Sequence record: OR805292.1
DNA length: 64,000 nucleotides
Direction: 5' to 3' (one strand)
Shown piece by piece: positions 1 through 9,591 of the stretch. Below the pieces are notes generated by a model. The model saw only the letters and a list, made by a program, of their open reading frames with translations, did not search any database and was not told where the DNA came from. The translations under genes and the position numbers were made by a program. Position 1 is the stretch's first letter; every line of letters begins with the position of its first letter.

Positions 1-326
1 TTAGGTTGATAGTTTATCATTCTAGCTAAACGTATAATGCTATCCCTACGCTCAGCAGTATCCATAAAGTTTTCTCTAGAATTTAAATCCATTCTAAATG
101 CAAGGCTAGTTCCTAGATATGCAAGCAATTCTATAATAGCAATAAATTCAGAGCTTTCTATGTAGTCATTAAAATCTTCAGGATAATGAATTTGAACATA
201 ATTAACTAACGCAGTCTTTAAGGAATCAAAATCATATGCTTTGAAATCGACGTCCTTGAAACTTTTATATATTTTTCTATAATCTTCCGCTGCGAACAGA
301 TTAGATTGTCTTACGTCTTGTGACAT
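1..326 (-). CDS. Baseplate wedge protein, T4 gp6-like (N-terminal part, runs off the window)
   Basis: Not in ORF track. Manual translation from ATG at 326: MSQDVRQSNLFAAEDYRKIYKSF...FNDYIESSEFIAIIELLAYLGTSLAFRMDLNSRENFMDTAERRDSIIRLARMINYQP, typical of gp6/baseplate-J N-termini; directly downstream of gp25-like gene. Confidence 0.85.
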   Translation of the reverse strand, partial: MSQDVRQSNLFAAEDYRKIYKSFKDVDFKAYDFDSLKTALVNYVQIHYPEDFNDYIESSEFIAIIELLAYLGTSLAFRMDLNSRENFMDTAERRDSIIRLARMINYQP

Positions 327-340
327 GAATTAATTCCTAC

Positions 341-733
341 TTATAATCTATCTATGTTAGAACTATTTTCTTGAGTAAAAATAGCAATAAGCCTTTCTGG
401 TGTTTGGTATGGCAAAAATGTAAGTAATACCTCTATTCTTATTCCGTTGTGAAGTTGTATTACTTTTATATCGTCATCGCTGTTTAATTGAACTCTCGGA
501 TCAGAACCGATTACGTCCTTAACATCATCTACAACTATTCCTACTGTATATTCGTCTAGGGGATCCATTACATAGTCGTGTATAATACTTCCGAATTCGG
601 GTAACATAACTCGTTCGCCCTTTCTTGTATAGAAATGATTCATTAAATCTACTTTAACTAAATCTATATCATTTACTTGATACGGTGGCCTAACTTTACC
701 TACCGTAGAAAATCCAATAAACACTTTTGCCAC
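341..733 (-). CDS. Baseplate wedge subunit, gp25-like
   Basis: DLMNHFYTRKGERVMLPEFGS...DPRV motif pattern of the gp25/GPW family; baseplate context. Confidence 0.9.
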   Translation of the reverse strand: MAKVFIGFSTVGKVRPPYQVNDIDLVKVDLMNHFYTRKGERVMLPEFGSIIHDYVMDPLDEYTVGIVVDDVKDVIGSDPRVQLNSDDDIKVIQLHNGIRIEVLLTFLPYQTPERLIAIFTQENSSNIDRL

Positions 734-788
734 TTTATTATTCCTGTTTATTTCAATATTTATCTGGATATTTTTCTACATACTTAAC

Positions 789-817
789 TTGACGGATAAC
801 AGTAAAATTAGTATACT
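789..817 (+). promoter_or_regulatory. sigma70-type early promoter
   Basis: TTGACG-17 bp-TATACT upstream of 870. Confidence 0.7.
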
Positions 818-869
818 GTATGCATGTTAAGTAATTCCGCTTAACAGTAACTAAGCAAAGAAAAAGAAA

Positions 870-1112
870 ATGGCAAAAGAAAAAGTAACTTTCCCTATCT
901 ATAAATTCAACCGCATTGCAGAAATGGCTGACAAATATAATTCTAAAACTAAGACACAACGGTTTCAAGTTATGTCTAAGTTTAAAGGAACTCAGCTCAT
1001 AGAAGTTGGACTGTACGATACTAAAGATAAGAAATATGTACTAGTAGATACACGCCATTATACAATGGATGATTGTATAAAAGAAATGGAATCTATGATT
1101 TCGGGAAAGTAA
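870..1112 (+). CDS. Hypothetical protein (80 aa)
   Basis: ORF with own promoter and downstream terminator; no family recognised. Confidence 0.7.
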   Translation: MAKEKVTFPIYKFNRIAEMADKYNSKTKTQRFQVMSKFKGTQLIEVGLYDTKDKKYVLVDTRHYTMDDCIKEMESMISGK

Positions 1113-1126
1113 CTTAAACAGAAGGG

Positions 1127-1156
1127 AGGGGGTTAAGTAACTAACCCCCTATTTTT
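1127..1156 (+). terminator. Intrinsic terminator
   Basis: agggggtta/taaccccct stem followed by a T-run. Confidence 0.7.
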
Positions 1157-1441
1157 ATGCCCGGAAAATTAAAGTATCATAATAGCTATGACTTTATATA
1201 TGGAGTCTATGTTATTGCAAAAGATTCCCACAAGGGACAATATGTATGCATAGCTTTATCTGAAGACTTAGACGAAGAATATATATTTAATGAAATCAAT
1301 TTTTATAGTGTACGCTATATAAAAGATAATTTCTACGATGTATATTGCAAATTTGATTTATTTACTTTTGCTAGAATGTTGGCAACACATTTAGAATTAT
1401 TGTACGACAGAAGATATAATTATTTTAATGATGATTTATAA
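1157..1441 (+). CDS. Hypothetical protein (94 aa, Tyr-rich)
   Basis: ORF fills the gap up to the bidirectional terminator at 1440-1460. Confidence 0.6.
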   Translation: MPGKLKYHNSYDFIYGVYVIAKDSHKGQYVCIALSEDLDEEYIFNEINFYSVRYIKDNFYDVYCKFDLFTFARMLATHLELLYDRRYNYFNDDL

Positions 1442-1460
1442 AGGAGCATTATGCTCCTTT
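1440..1460. terminator. Bidirectional terminator palindrome
   Basis: aaaggagca-tta-tgctccttt; loop is the stop codon of the gp5-like gene; identical 21-mer at 25428-25448. Confidence 0.8.
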
Positions 1461-2882
1461 ATTTTTGTGCTCAGGACACGGTTCGAATGTATTAAATCTA
1501 GATACTATAGTAGTTACTCCTGGCTGAGACATTCTATTATATCTATTTGCATCACTAAACTCAGGCAATATATTAGTTTTGCCATTAGTAGTAGGTGTAC
1601 TTGCTTCAGTAGGAGAATCAGGTGCCGGCGGCTGCGGACCGTTCATATGTATATTAGCACCTAACTCGATAATATCCCCGCCTGCACTTAATCCATATGT
1701 TCCGTTAGTAGCAGTTGCTATCTGTCCTGCAGCTTGTAAATTATAATTAGAACCTGCTTTTAAAGATATATCAACTCCGGCAGTGTTATGCAAACTGCCT
1801 CCTAATTGATTTAGTAATGTATCTTTTTGCGATTGAATATTTAAATTATTATTAGCTTGTATAAATATATCTCCGCCTTGACCTGTTAGTTCCGGGGCTA
1901 TGCCTCCGGTAGAAACGGTAGTGTAGTCTTTAGATGCTTTAATGTTTATATTTCTTCCTGCCTCTATATTAATATCTCTATCTGCTCGTATATTGAAATC
2001 TTCCATAAAACGTAAAGATCCGGATTTTGCACCAAATACATCTACGTTACCTGAGTTATCTAATTCTATCCAAGCAGTGCCCAATTTATTAATTATATAA
2101 ATTATTCCATTAGTTTCATCTAATCTTATTTGAGCACCAGATCTAGTTCTTAATGTGATATGTTCGGATGTGGGTGCATCATCCATAACGAACTGATGAC
2201 CGCCATGCCTTCTTGCATTTGCACCGTCTATTACTGGACCTGGGGTAAGAATACCGAATACCTGACTAGGTGCTTCCCTGCGTGCGGATGATGAAGATAC
2301 ACCCCGTATATTATCGTTAATAAGCCCTTGCGTTTTTAATCCTTGGGCAAGACTAGCAACAGGTTTATTAATAGTTTGTGCATTTACTTTTTCTAGTGTG
2401 TTTTTATTATATTCACCTACAGGTAGAGATTTGCCTGCTGTCTCATAATTATTAACACTGCCAGCAACTGCAGGAATCATATGATTCATCTGTTGTTGCC
2501 ATATGCATCCAAACCAAAATCCCTTTGCAGGGTCGCCGTTAGCAAACATTACAGCTACCTGATTTTCAAGATCTGGCGGTACTGCCCACATACCGTAAGA
2601 TGTTTGTGTTTCGTGGAATGCAGATACATCTTGTGAGCCGCCGATTGTCATAGGATTAGTTGCGCCAGCAAATGGCGAACAGTATCCAACTAACAACCAA
2701 CCAGATTCATCGCTCGGATCAGTACCGAATTCCGGCACCCAAACCCTAAGTCTTCCCATTCTGTTGCTATCGACATTATCTTTGACAAACCCAATATACA
2801 TTCCGTAATATTTTTGTGCTCTGCCTGTCGGTGTTTTGCTAGCAGACGGATTTACACCTACTGTTCTAGAATATGTACTCAT
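1449..2882 (-). CDS. Baseplate central spike, gp5/VgrG-like
   Basis: N-terminal OB-fold motifs (GFVKDNVDSNRMGRLRVWVPE; PPDLENQVAVMFANGD) and a C-terminal beta-helix-like repeat region. Confidence 0.88.
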   Translation of the reverse strand: MSTYSRTVGVNPSASKTPTGRAQKYYGMYIGFVKDNVDSNRMGRLRVWVPEFGTDPSDESGWLLVGYCSPFAGATNPMTIGGSQDVSAFHETQTSYGMWAVPPDLENQVAVMFANGDPAKGFWFGCIWQQQMNHMIPAVAGSVNNYETAGKSLPVGEYNKNTLEKVNAQTINKPVASLAQGLKTQGLINDNIRGVSSSSARREAPSQVFGILTPGPVIDGANARRHGGHQFVMDDAPTSEHITLRTRSGAQIRLDETNGIIYIINKLGTAWIELDNSGNVDVFGAKSGSLRFMEDFNIRADRDINIEAGRNINIKASKDYTTVSTGGIAPELTGQGGDIFIQANNNLNIQSQKDTLLNQLGGSLHNTAGVDISLKAGSNYNLQAAGQIATATNGTYGLSAGGDIIELGANIHMNGPQPPAPDSPTEASTPTTNGKTNILPEFSDANRYNRMSQPGVTTIVSRFNTFEPCPEHKNKGA

Positions 2883-4906
2883 TATTGATTAAACCTTTGG
2901 ATGTCTATGTCTGTTATATCAGTTAATTTATCTCTTACTGCTTGCAATTCTTGGCGGAATATGCCTTTGGAAAAAACATGCTTCACTACTATAACTTGAT
3001 ATATGCCGTTTATAATAGTATTTTGTTTCATGGAAGATGTTACTGTTCCTTCTATATAGTTTAAATTAGGAGTCTGACTAGTAAACAAAAAGAATACTTG
3101 AGACGAAGTAGGATTAACATAAGATGTATTTGTATTGTTTATCCTATCCTCTACTGTACTTATTTTATTAGTTGTGGGCGGACCTAGCCAATAAGGATCT
3201 CCTTTTATAGATAAATCTATTTTAAGCAATTCGGCGTTATCATCATACATTATTTGAGAAAATAATGAAGATAAAAAAGATTTACCTGCATGATAGTTGT
3301 CTTCTACACCTATATCATCATTTGAAGTATCTGGGGTTTCTATAGTTGTAATAGGAAGTTTACTTAATGAATCTGCAGTAGCATCTTCTATAAATTGTAT
3401 GGCATTTTGCCTTACTTCAGTTTCTTGATCTGTATCGGGATCTGCATTTGTATTTTCTCTAATCCTTGCTTGCCTTCCTTTTGACACCAAAGACGATTGT
3501 TCTGTATTTGTATCTACTGTAGATACATTTCTAGGATCCTGGCGATCGGTGCCGGGAGTAACTGTTGAATTAAATTTGCTTTTTACAGATGCACTTGTTG
3601 ACATCTTCTGTTTTAATAATAACTGATCAGGAGACATTCTTCTACCCGGATCAACAGATGTATATGTATCTACTGTTCCTGTTTGTCTAGGTAGCGTAGC
3701 ATACCACATAAAATTAAATTTCAAATTAAAATCTAATATTTGATCATTTAATCCAGTAAATAGATAATTATAATGCTTCCTTAGTACACTTCTGCCTAAA
3801 TATTCATTAAATCTGTTTTCTGAAGACTCGGGTGTAACTCTAGATTCATCCTTCGATGCAACTATTGTCATTGTATCGTACGGTACGATAACATACCTAA
3901 AATTCCTGGCATAATCCCCTCTTCCTGGGTCATATTCTAGCGTGTCTACTTGAGACAAAACCCTATATAATTTTTTAACCATAGACCTGTTCGGATCTGG
4001 ATTAAATTGGGGGTGAGCCGGAACATCTGAACCCGCAATTTCCTTTTCAATAACTTCCGTAGAATTTATTATAGTTTCAATTATATACTGAATACTAGTA
4101 TTATCATAAAATTGAACAGTAGTTACTGAGTTATCATCCACTACATAGTCGGATAATCTATCAATTGTTTGGTCGGAATTAGATATTTTTAACGGAGCAT
4201 TTATTAATCTCTCATCCGAAATTATTATTTCGTACTTATCTGGCTTTAATTGTTTATTAGATGCTCGCTGTGGCTGTCTATCATTGAGCGATTGTTTCAA
4301 TTTTTCTAACATTTCGCCTACAGTTTTGCCAGAAAGAGATATACCTTGTTGCATATCGCCGTATTGGTTTGTATATCCTAGTTCACTGTATACTGCTCCT
4401 ACAAAATCATAAGTTGTACCCGATCCTGTAACAACCATATCCATTTTAGTTATAGTAATAGGAAATACCCATTTTGCCTTCATAACAGACGGCAACGAAG
4501 AAGTTGTTGTTCTGCCTTTAAAAGTCAATTCCATAAAATATGGTGCTTTTAAGTAATTATCTATACCTAAACTAACAGCAGATGCATATAATTGATCTAA
4601 CATACTACTGCCATGTGGTTCTTGAATTTTAAAAGATAATGTTGTAGACTCGCCCGTGCCGGTTTCTACTGTCATTCCGGGAACAGTTGTTAATATGAAG
4701 TCGTCTATACCTAATCCAGTAACACCCGATTCTGCAATTGTTATTTGCCTAGACCTGTCTAATACATTATTGTTTACTATATCTTCTATAGAGCACATAT
4801 ATAGTCGTAAATGATATGTAGTGCTAGTTATAGAATCCAAGGGATTAGGTAAAAACGGATACATATTTGTATCCGTATTAGTAGGAGTAGGTTTGTTTAA
4901 TGACAT
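2882..4906 (-). CDS. Baseplate hub protein (gp27/VgrG-hub-like)
   Basis: Adjacent to gp5-like gene; C-terminal IKGDPYWLG and GIYQVIVVKHVFSKGIFRQEL motifs typical of hub proteins. Confidence 0.65.
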   Translation of the reverse strand: MSLNKPTPTNTDTNMYPFLPNPLDSITSTTYHLRLYMCSIEDIVNNNVLDRSRQITIAESGVTGLGIDDFILTTVPGMTVETGTGESTTLSFKIQEPHGSSMLDQLYASAVSLGIDNYLKAPYFMELTFKGRTTTSSLPSVMKAKWVFPITITKMDMVVTGSGTTYDFVGAVYSELGYTNQYGDMQQGISLSGKTVGEMLEKLKQSLNDRQPQRASNKQLKPDKYEIIISDERLINAPLKISNSDQTIDRLSDYVVDDNSVTTVQFYDNTSIQYIIETIINSTEVIEKEIAGSDVPAHPQFNPDPNRSMVKKLYRVLSQVDTLEYDPGRGDYARNFRYVIVPYDTMTIVASKDESRVTPESSENRFNEYLGRSVLRKHYNYLFTGLNDQILDFNLKFNFMWYATLPRQTGTVDTYTSVDPGRRMSPDQLLLKQKMSTSASVKSKFNSTVTPGTDRQDPRNVSTVDTNTEQSSLVSKGRQARIRENTNADPDTDQETEVRQNAIQFIEDATADSLSKLPITTIETPDTSNDDIGVEDNYHAGKSFLSSLFSQIMYDDNAELLKIDLSIKGDPYWLGPPTTNKISTVEDRINNTNTSYVNPTSSQVFFLFTSQTPNLNYIEGTVTSSMKQNTIINGIYQVIVVKHVFSKGIFRQELQAVRDKLTDITDIDIQRFNQ

Positions 4907-5205
4907 TAAATTATACCTTCTAACGATTCTATAGTGGGTGCATATATAGATTTTCCTGCAGTAAAATCATATATAGGATCGATTAATTCATCCATATTTC
5001 TTACCGCAAATACCCACCAAAGTTCTTCTGTTCCGTATAAATCATACGAAAGCAAATCAGGTCTTTGATCATATTTAGGTGCAATAACAATTAATTCATC
5101 AGTTATATTAGGTAATATTTTCCTAGGAACCCATAAATCTAAATAAAAATCTTTTATAGGTGTATCATAATATCGGCTTTTCGTAGAAGAAATGTTATTT
5201 GCCAT
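4906..5205 (-). CDS. Baseplate wedge protein, gp53/LysM-like
   Basis: RPDLLSYDLYGTEELWWVFAVRN motif. Confidence 0.85.
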   Translation of the reverse strand: MANNISSTKSRYYDTPIKDFYLDLWVPRKILPNITDELIVIAPKYDQRPDLLSYDLYGTEELWWVFAVRNMDELIDPIYDFTAGKSIYAPTIESLEGII

Positions 5206-5840
5206 TATATAAATCCTTTATTATTCTTCAGTAACTCACCTGTCCTAAATTTACTTAGATCAAATGTCTGCCTAACCTCTTGGGGGTTATATTGAGGCTC
5301 TAACGTTATCGTCATAGTTAATTGAGTAGGAACATCTGTATTTTCACTTATATTGTTAAATCTTACAGGAACATAATCTACTTTGTTGTCTAAAATAATA
5401 CTGAAATTTTTAACAACTACTGGCACATTTTTGAACATGTATGTTCCTAAGTAATTAAATGATAAAATAGGCGGCGGTGTGCCTGCTCTTACTAAATCTG
5501 TTTGTCCGAAGTAATTTTTTGTTACTGTTCGCATAAAATGCATTGCTGCTAATGTATATCTTGCCTCTACATCTGTTTGTGATGTAAATATTGCTTCTAC
5601 TGATATAGGCTGAGGTGCAGATTTAACATATGCAAGGTATTTGTAGTTAGTATGAGTAAAATGAAAGGATTCATCGTATTCTGCATCTGCTGCTAATGTA
5701 ACTATCGGTCTGAACGGAAATATCAAACCGCCTGTCTTTTTTAGAGGTGCAAGAATGTTAACAAGCTGGTCGTTACTTTCTCCAAATAAATCATTTGCAG
5801 CTAACGCATTCTTTGGTTTTAAAATTGCTCTACTATCCAC
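5205..5840 (-). CDS. Tail-tube-fold baseplate/tube initiator protein (gp48/gp54/CIS-tube-like)
   Basis: GLIFPFRP, GTPPPILSFNYLG, VPVVVKNFSI pattern; GTG start; late-promoter motif upstream. Confidence 0.65.
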   Translation of the reverse strand: MDSRAILKPKNALAANDLFGESNDQLVNILAPLKKTGGLIFPFRPIVTLAADAEYDESFHFTHTNYKYLAYVKSAPQPISVEAIFTSQTDVEARYTLAAMHFMRTVTKNYFGQTDLVRAGTPPPILSFNYLGTYMFKNVPVVVKNFSIILDNKVDYVPVRFNNISENTDVPTQLTMTITLEPQYNPQEVRQTFDLSKFRTGELLKNNKGFI

Positions 5841-5889
5841 GATATATAATCTCTTTTATATATTTATCAGTAGGTTTATATGCTAATAT

Positions 5890-5918
5890 TTGACTTTGAA
5901 AATATTTTGTTGTAAAAT
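5890..5918 (+). promoter_or_regulatory. sigma70-type promoter for gp55-gp47-gp46
   Basis: TTGACT-17 bp-TAAAAT. Confidence 0.65.
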
Positions 5919-5942
5919 AATAATAAAAAGCATGGATGCACA

Positions 5943-6785
5943 ATGAATACAAAAATTGTAGTTAATTATATTAATAATAAAGAAATGTTAAAGGAAATAC
6001 ATCGTAGTAAAAATTCATTCTGCGAATATATTTCCCCAAAGTATAAAGATTACGATATTATCTTTACTTCAAAAGAAGACTGTCTGAAACAAGAAAATAT
6101 AAACGCAGCAATACTTAAACGAGCAGAGCGTTTAACTCAAGTACAGATAGATGAATATGCATTAAGAACAAATACTAGTTCTAAAAAAGCAAAAGCATCT
6201 ATAACCCAAGTAGATCCTGCAACAATAAATAAACATGATGTTGTTTTTCGTGTTATCACATACGAACATATTCCAGAAGATCATGATAGGAAAAAGACAA
6301 AAAAATCAATTAAAGACTATCATGTTAAGTTAAATTTTACTCCTTTTAAGCATTTTATTATAGACGAAAATAATAACTTAGTAGAAGTAGGCAGAAGTCA
6401 CAGCAAAAAAGGAGAGTTTTGCTTAACTGGAGGATCTATATCAGATAGATTAGCAAAAATGTTTATGTTGTTAATTGACAAATTCGGTCAAAAAAGCAAC
6501 TGGCGTGGATATTCATATCTAGATGAAATGAAGGGACAAGCTTTACTTCAGTTAGCGTCTATGGGGTTGCAATTCGACGAACATTTAAGTGATAATCCCT
6601 TTGCATATTACACTTCGTCTATAAACAATTCTTTTACTAGGGTATTCAACATAGAAAAACGTAATCAAATAATCAGGGACGATTTATTACAAAATATGGG
6701 ACAAAATCCTAGCCTTACTAGACAATTAGAACACGATGAGCAAATTCGGTTGCTCAGAGAATTAAATGATTCTAAAGATGATTAA
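5943..6785 (+). CDS. gp55: Late-transcription sigma factor, T4 gp55-like
   Basis: NYINNKEML N-terminus; NWRGYSYLDEM and NPFAYYT motifs; immediately upstream of gp47/gp46 as in T4. Confidence 0.85.
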   Translation: MNTKIVVNYINNKEMLKEIHRSKNSFCEYISPKYKDYDIIFTSKEDCLKQENINAAILKRAERLTQVQIDEYALRTNTSSKKAKASITQVDPATINKHDVVFRVITYEHIPEDHDRKKTKKSIKDYHVKLNFTPFKHFIIDENNNLVEVGRSHSKKGEFCLTGGSISDRLAKMFMLLIDKFGQKSNWRGYSYLDEMKGQALLQLASMGLQFDEHLSDNPFAYYTSSINNSFTRVFNIEKRNQIIRDDLLQNMGQNPSLTRQLEHDEQIRLLRELNDSKDD

Positions 6786-6796
6786 AAGGATTTAAA

Positions 6797-7810
6797 GTGG
6801 GTAATTTATTTAAGAAAGTTGCATGTTTTAGTGATATTCACTTCGGATTGCATCATAACTCTAAAATTCACAATCAAGACTGTGAAGATTTCATTAAGTG
6901 GTTTTGTAAAACTGCTAAAGAAAAAAATGCAGAAACATGTATATTTTTAGGCGATTGGCATCATACAAGAAACACCATTAATGTATCTACGCTAAACTAC
7001 ACTATGTCTAGTTTAGAACTACTAAACGATACGTTCGAAAAAGTATATTTTATCACTGGCAATCATGACCTTATGTATAGAGAAAAAAGAGAAGTACATT
7101 CTATTCCGATGGGTCACAAATATCCTAATATAGTTATGATAGAAGATCCGTTCGAACAAGGAGATGTATCTATTCTACCGTGGTTAGTAGGAGATGAATG
7201 GAAAGACGTTCCTAAAATAAAAGCAAAATATTTGTTTGGGCATTTAGAAATTCCAGGATTTAAACTAAATGCAATGGTAGAAATGCCCGATGTAGGAGAA
7301 ATAAAATCCGAACATTTTGTTAATCAAACATATGTATTTTCTGGACATTTTCATAAGAGACAAGTAAATGGAAAAATTAATTATATCGGCAATCCATTTG
7401 GTCACAACTATTCTGATGTATGGGATTTTGATAGGGGTGCAATGTTTTTAGAATGGGGAGGGGAGCCTGAATATGTTAATTACGAAGACGGACCCAGGTT
7501 CATATCCACTACATTGAAACAAATACTAGAAAATCCAGATTATTATCTTAAGCCAAAAACTCACGTAAAAGCAACTATAGATGTAGATATAACATACGAA
7601 GAAGCCAATTTCTTACGTGAAACATTCTTGTCTTCATATAAAGTTAGAGAATTTAAATTATTACAGTCTAAATACAGCGAACACGAAATAGAAAGTGATA
7701 CTGAAACAGAATTCGAAACTGTAGATGAAATTGTTATTTCCGAACTAACTAATATTCAAAGTGATAACTTTGATAAAAACATACTTATAAGCATTTACAC
7801 AAACCTATAA
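6797..7810 (+). CDS. gp47: Recombination endonuclease subunit gp47 (Mre11/SbcD-like)
   Basis: Metallophosphoesterase motifs SDIHFG, LGDWHH, GNHD, GHL, SGHFH. Confidence 0.95.
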   Translation: MGNLFKKVACFSDIHFGLHHNSKIHNQDCEDFIKWFCKTAKEKNAETCIFLGDWHHTRNTINVSTLNYTMSSLELLNDTFEKVYFITGNHDLMYREKREVHSIPMGHKYPNIVMIEDPFEQGDVSILPWLVGDEWKDVPKIKAKYLFGHLEIPGFKLNAMVEMPDVGEIKSEHFVNQTYVFSGHFHKRQVNGKINYIGNPFGHNYSDVWDFDRGAMFLEWGGEPEYVNYEDGPRFISTTLKQILENPDYYLKPKTHVKATIDVDITYEEANFLRETFLSSYKVREFKLLQSKYSEHEIESDTETEFETVDEIVISELTNIQSDNFDKNILISIYTNL

Positions 7811-9564
7811 TGTTAAAATTTAAATCTATATCAATGCGAAATTTTATGTCTGTCGGTAATAATACACAGACTATATTGCTAGACGAAAACGATCTAACAT
7901 TAGTTTTAGGAGAAAATTTAGATCTCGGTGGCAATGACAGTAAAAACGGAACCGGTAAGACTGCAAAATTAAATGCACTTTCATACGCACTCTTTGGTAC
8001 AGCATTAACTAATATAAGAAAAGAAAATCTAATTAATAAAACAAATGAAAAAAATATGTATGTTAAATTAGAATTTTCGTTGAATAATAAAGAATACAAA
8101 ATAGAAAGGGGAAGAAAACCTAATATATTTAAAGTTATAATCAACAACAAAGAATTAGAAACAGACGAAACTGACGAAGCGCAAGGCGACAGCAGACAAA
8201 CCCAACTTGCATTAGAAAAGGAATTAGGTTTTAGTCATAATATGTTTAAAAACATAATTGCACTAAACACTTATTCCACTCCTTTTCTTTCTATGAAAAC
8301 TACCGAACAAAGAGAATTAATAGAACAACTGCTAGGCATAACTAAACTAAGTGAAAAAGCAGATATTCTAAAAAATTTAGTTAAAGATACTAAAGATAGA
8401 ATTAAAGAAGAAGAATTTAGAATTAAAGCAATCCAAGAAGCAAATAAAAGCATAGAACAAAACATTGCTTCTATGGAACTTAGAAGCAAAGCTTGGGATA
8501 AAAGACATTTAGATACTTTACAAGAATACAGAGAATCGCTAGAGCATCTAAATAAAATAGATATAGATACTGAAATAGAAATGCATAAAGTTTTAAAAGA
8601 GATTTCTATTAAAGAAAGAGAAAAAAATGATATTTTAAAAGAATATAATATTGTAGAACGAGAAATACAGTCATTATCTACAACAGTATCTCACCTTTCG
8701 TCACAATTACTAAAAACTACAGAACACAACGAATGTCCTACGTGCGGACAAGAATTAAATGATAGTCATACTTCATTAACTGAATCTTTAAAATTAAAGT
8801 TAGAATCTGCAACTAATTCACTTAAAGAAAAAGAAAATGAAAAAGAATTAATTTTAAATACATTGAATTCTATTTTTATACCGGAAAAACCATCTACGTT
8901 TTATTCGTCTTTAGATGATGTTTATAATCATAAAACTATGATTAATACACTAGAGCATTCTATAGAAAAAGAAGAAATGCTAACTAACCCTCACGTAGAA
9001 AATGTTTCTATTTTACGAGATAGCATAAAACCGGTGGATTTCGAAACTATTAATACGTTAGTTTCGTTACGAGATCATCAAGAATTTTTATTAAAACTGC
9101 TAACCTCAAAAGATAGTTTTATAAGAAAAAAGATTATAGATCAAAATTTATCTTATCTAAATACAAGACTTGCACACTACTTAATAAAAATAGGATTGCC
9201 ACACGAAGTAAAATTTATGTCTGACCTAGAAGTTCAGATTACAGAACACGGCAGAGAATTAGATTTTGATAATTTAAGTAGAGGTGAACGCACCCGTTTA
9301 ATTCTTTCACTAAGTTGGGCATTTAGAGATGTATTTGAAAGTCTTAACTATAAAATAAATCTGCTATATATAGACGAATTAATAGACAATGGATTAGATA
9401 CCAGAGGTGTAGAATCTGCTCTAAGCATTCTAAAACAAATGTCAAGGGATTCTAGCAGAAAAGTATTTTTAGTGTCACACAGAGAAGAATTAATTGGACG
9501 AGTTGATGTTCAACTAAAAGCAGTAAAAGAAGGTGGATTTACTTCTTATACAATCGAAGGATAA
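7810..9564 (+). CDS. gp46: Recombination ATPase subunit gp46 (Rad50/SbcC-like)
   Basis: Walker A NGTGKT, zinc hook CPTC, signature LSRGE, Walker B LYIDE. Confidence 0.95.
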   Translation: MLKFKSISMRNFMSVGNNTQTILLDENDLTLVLGENLDLGGNDSKNGTGKTAKLNALSYALFGTALTNIRKENLINKTNEKNMYVKLEFSLNNKEYKIERGRKPNIFKVIINNKELETDETDEAQGDSRQTQLALEKELGFSHNMFKNIIALNTYSTPFLSMKTTEQRELIEQLLGITKLSEKADILKNLVKDTKDRIKEEEFRIKAIQEANKSIEQNIASMELRSKAWDKRHLDTLQEYRESLEHLNKIDIDTEIEMHKVLKEISIKEREKNDILKEYNIVEREIQSLSTTVSHLSSQLLKTTEHNECPTCGQELNDSHTSLTESLKLKLESATNSLKEKENEKELILNTLNSIFIPEKPSTFYSSLDDVYNHKTMINTLEHSIEKEEMLTNPHVENVSILRDSIKPVDFETINTLVSLRDHQEFLLKLLTSKDSFIRKKIIDQNLSYLNTRLAHYLIKIGLPHEVKFMSDLEVQITEHGRELDFDNLSRGERTRLILSLSWAFRDVFESLNYKINLLYIDELIDNGLDTRGVESALSILKQMSRDSSRKVFLVSHREELIGRVDVQLKAVKEGGFTSYTIEG

Positions 9565-9565
9565 T

Positions 9566-9591
9566 AAAAAAGAGGCTTAAGCCTCTTTTTT
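9566..9591. terminator. Bidirectional terminator palindrome
   Basis: aaaaaagaggc-ttaa-gcctctttttt between convergent genes. Confidence 0.85.

Noticed and set aside
753-968. 71-aa minus-strand ORF before gp25
   Set aside because: Overlaps the + strand promoter and the 870 gene; the late motif at 757-764 indicates gp25 is the first gene of that transcript.
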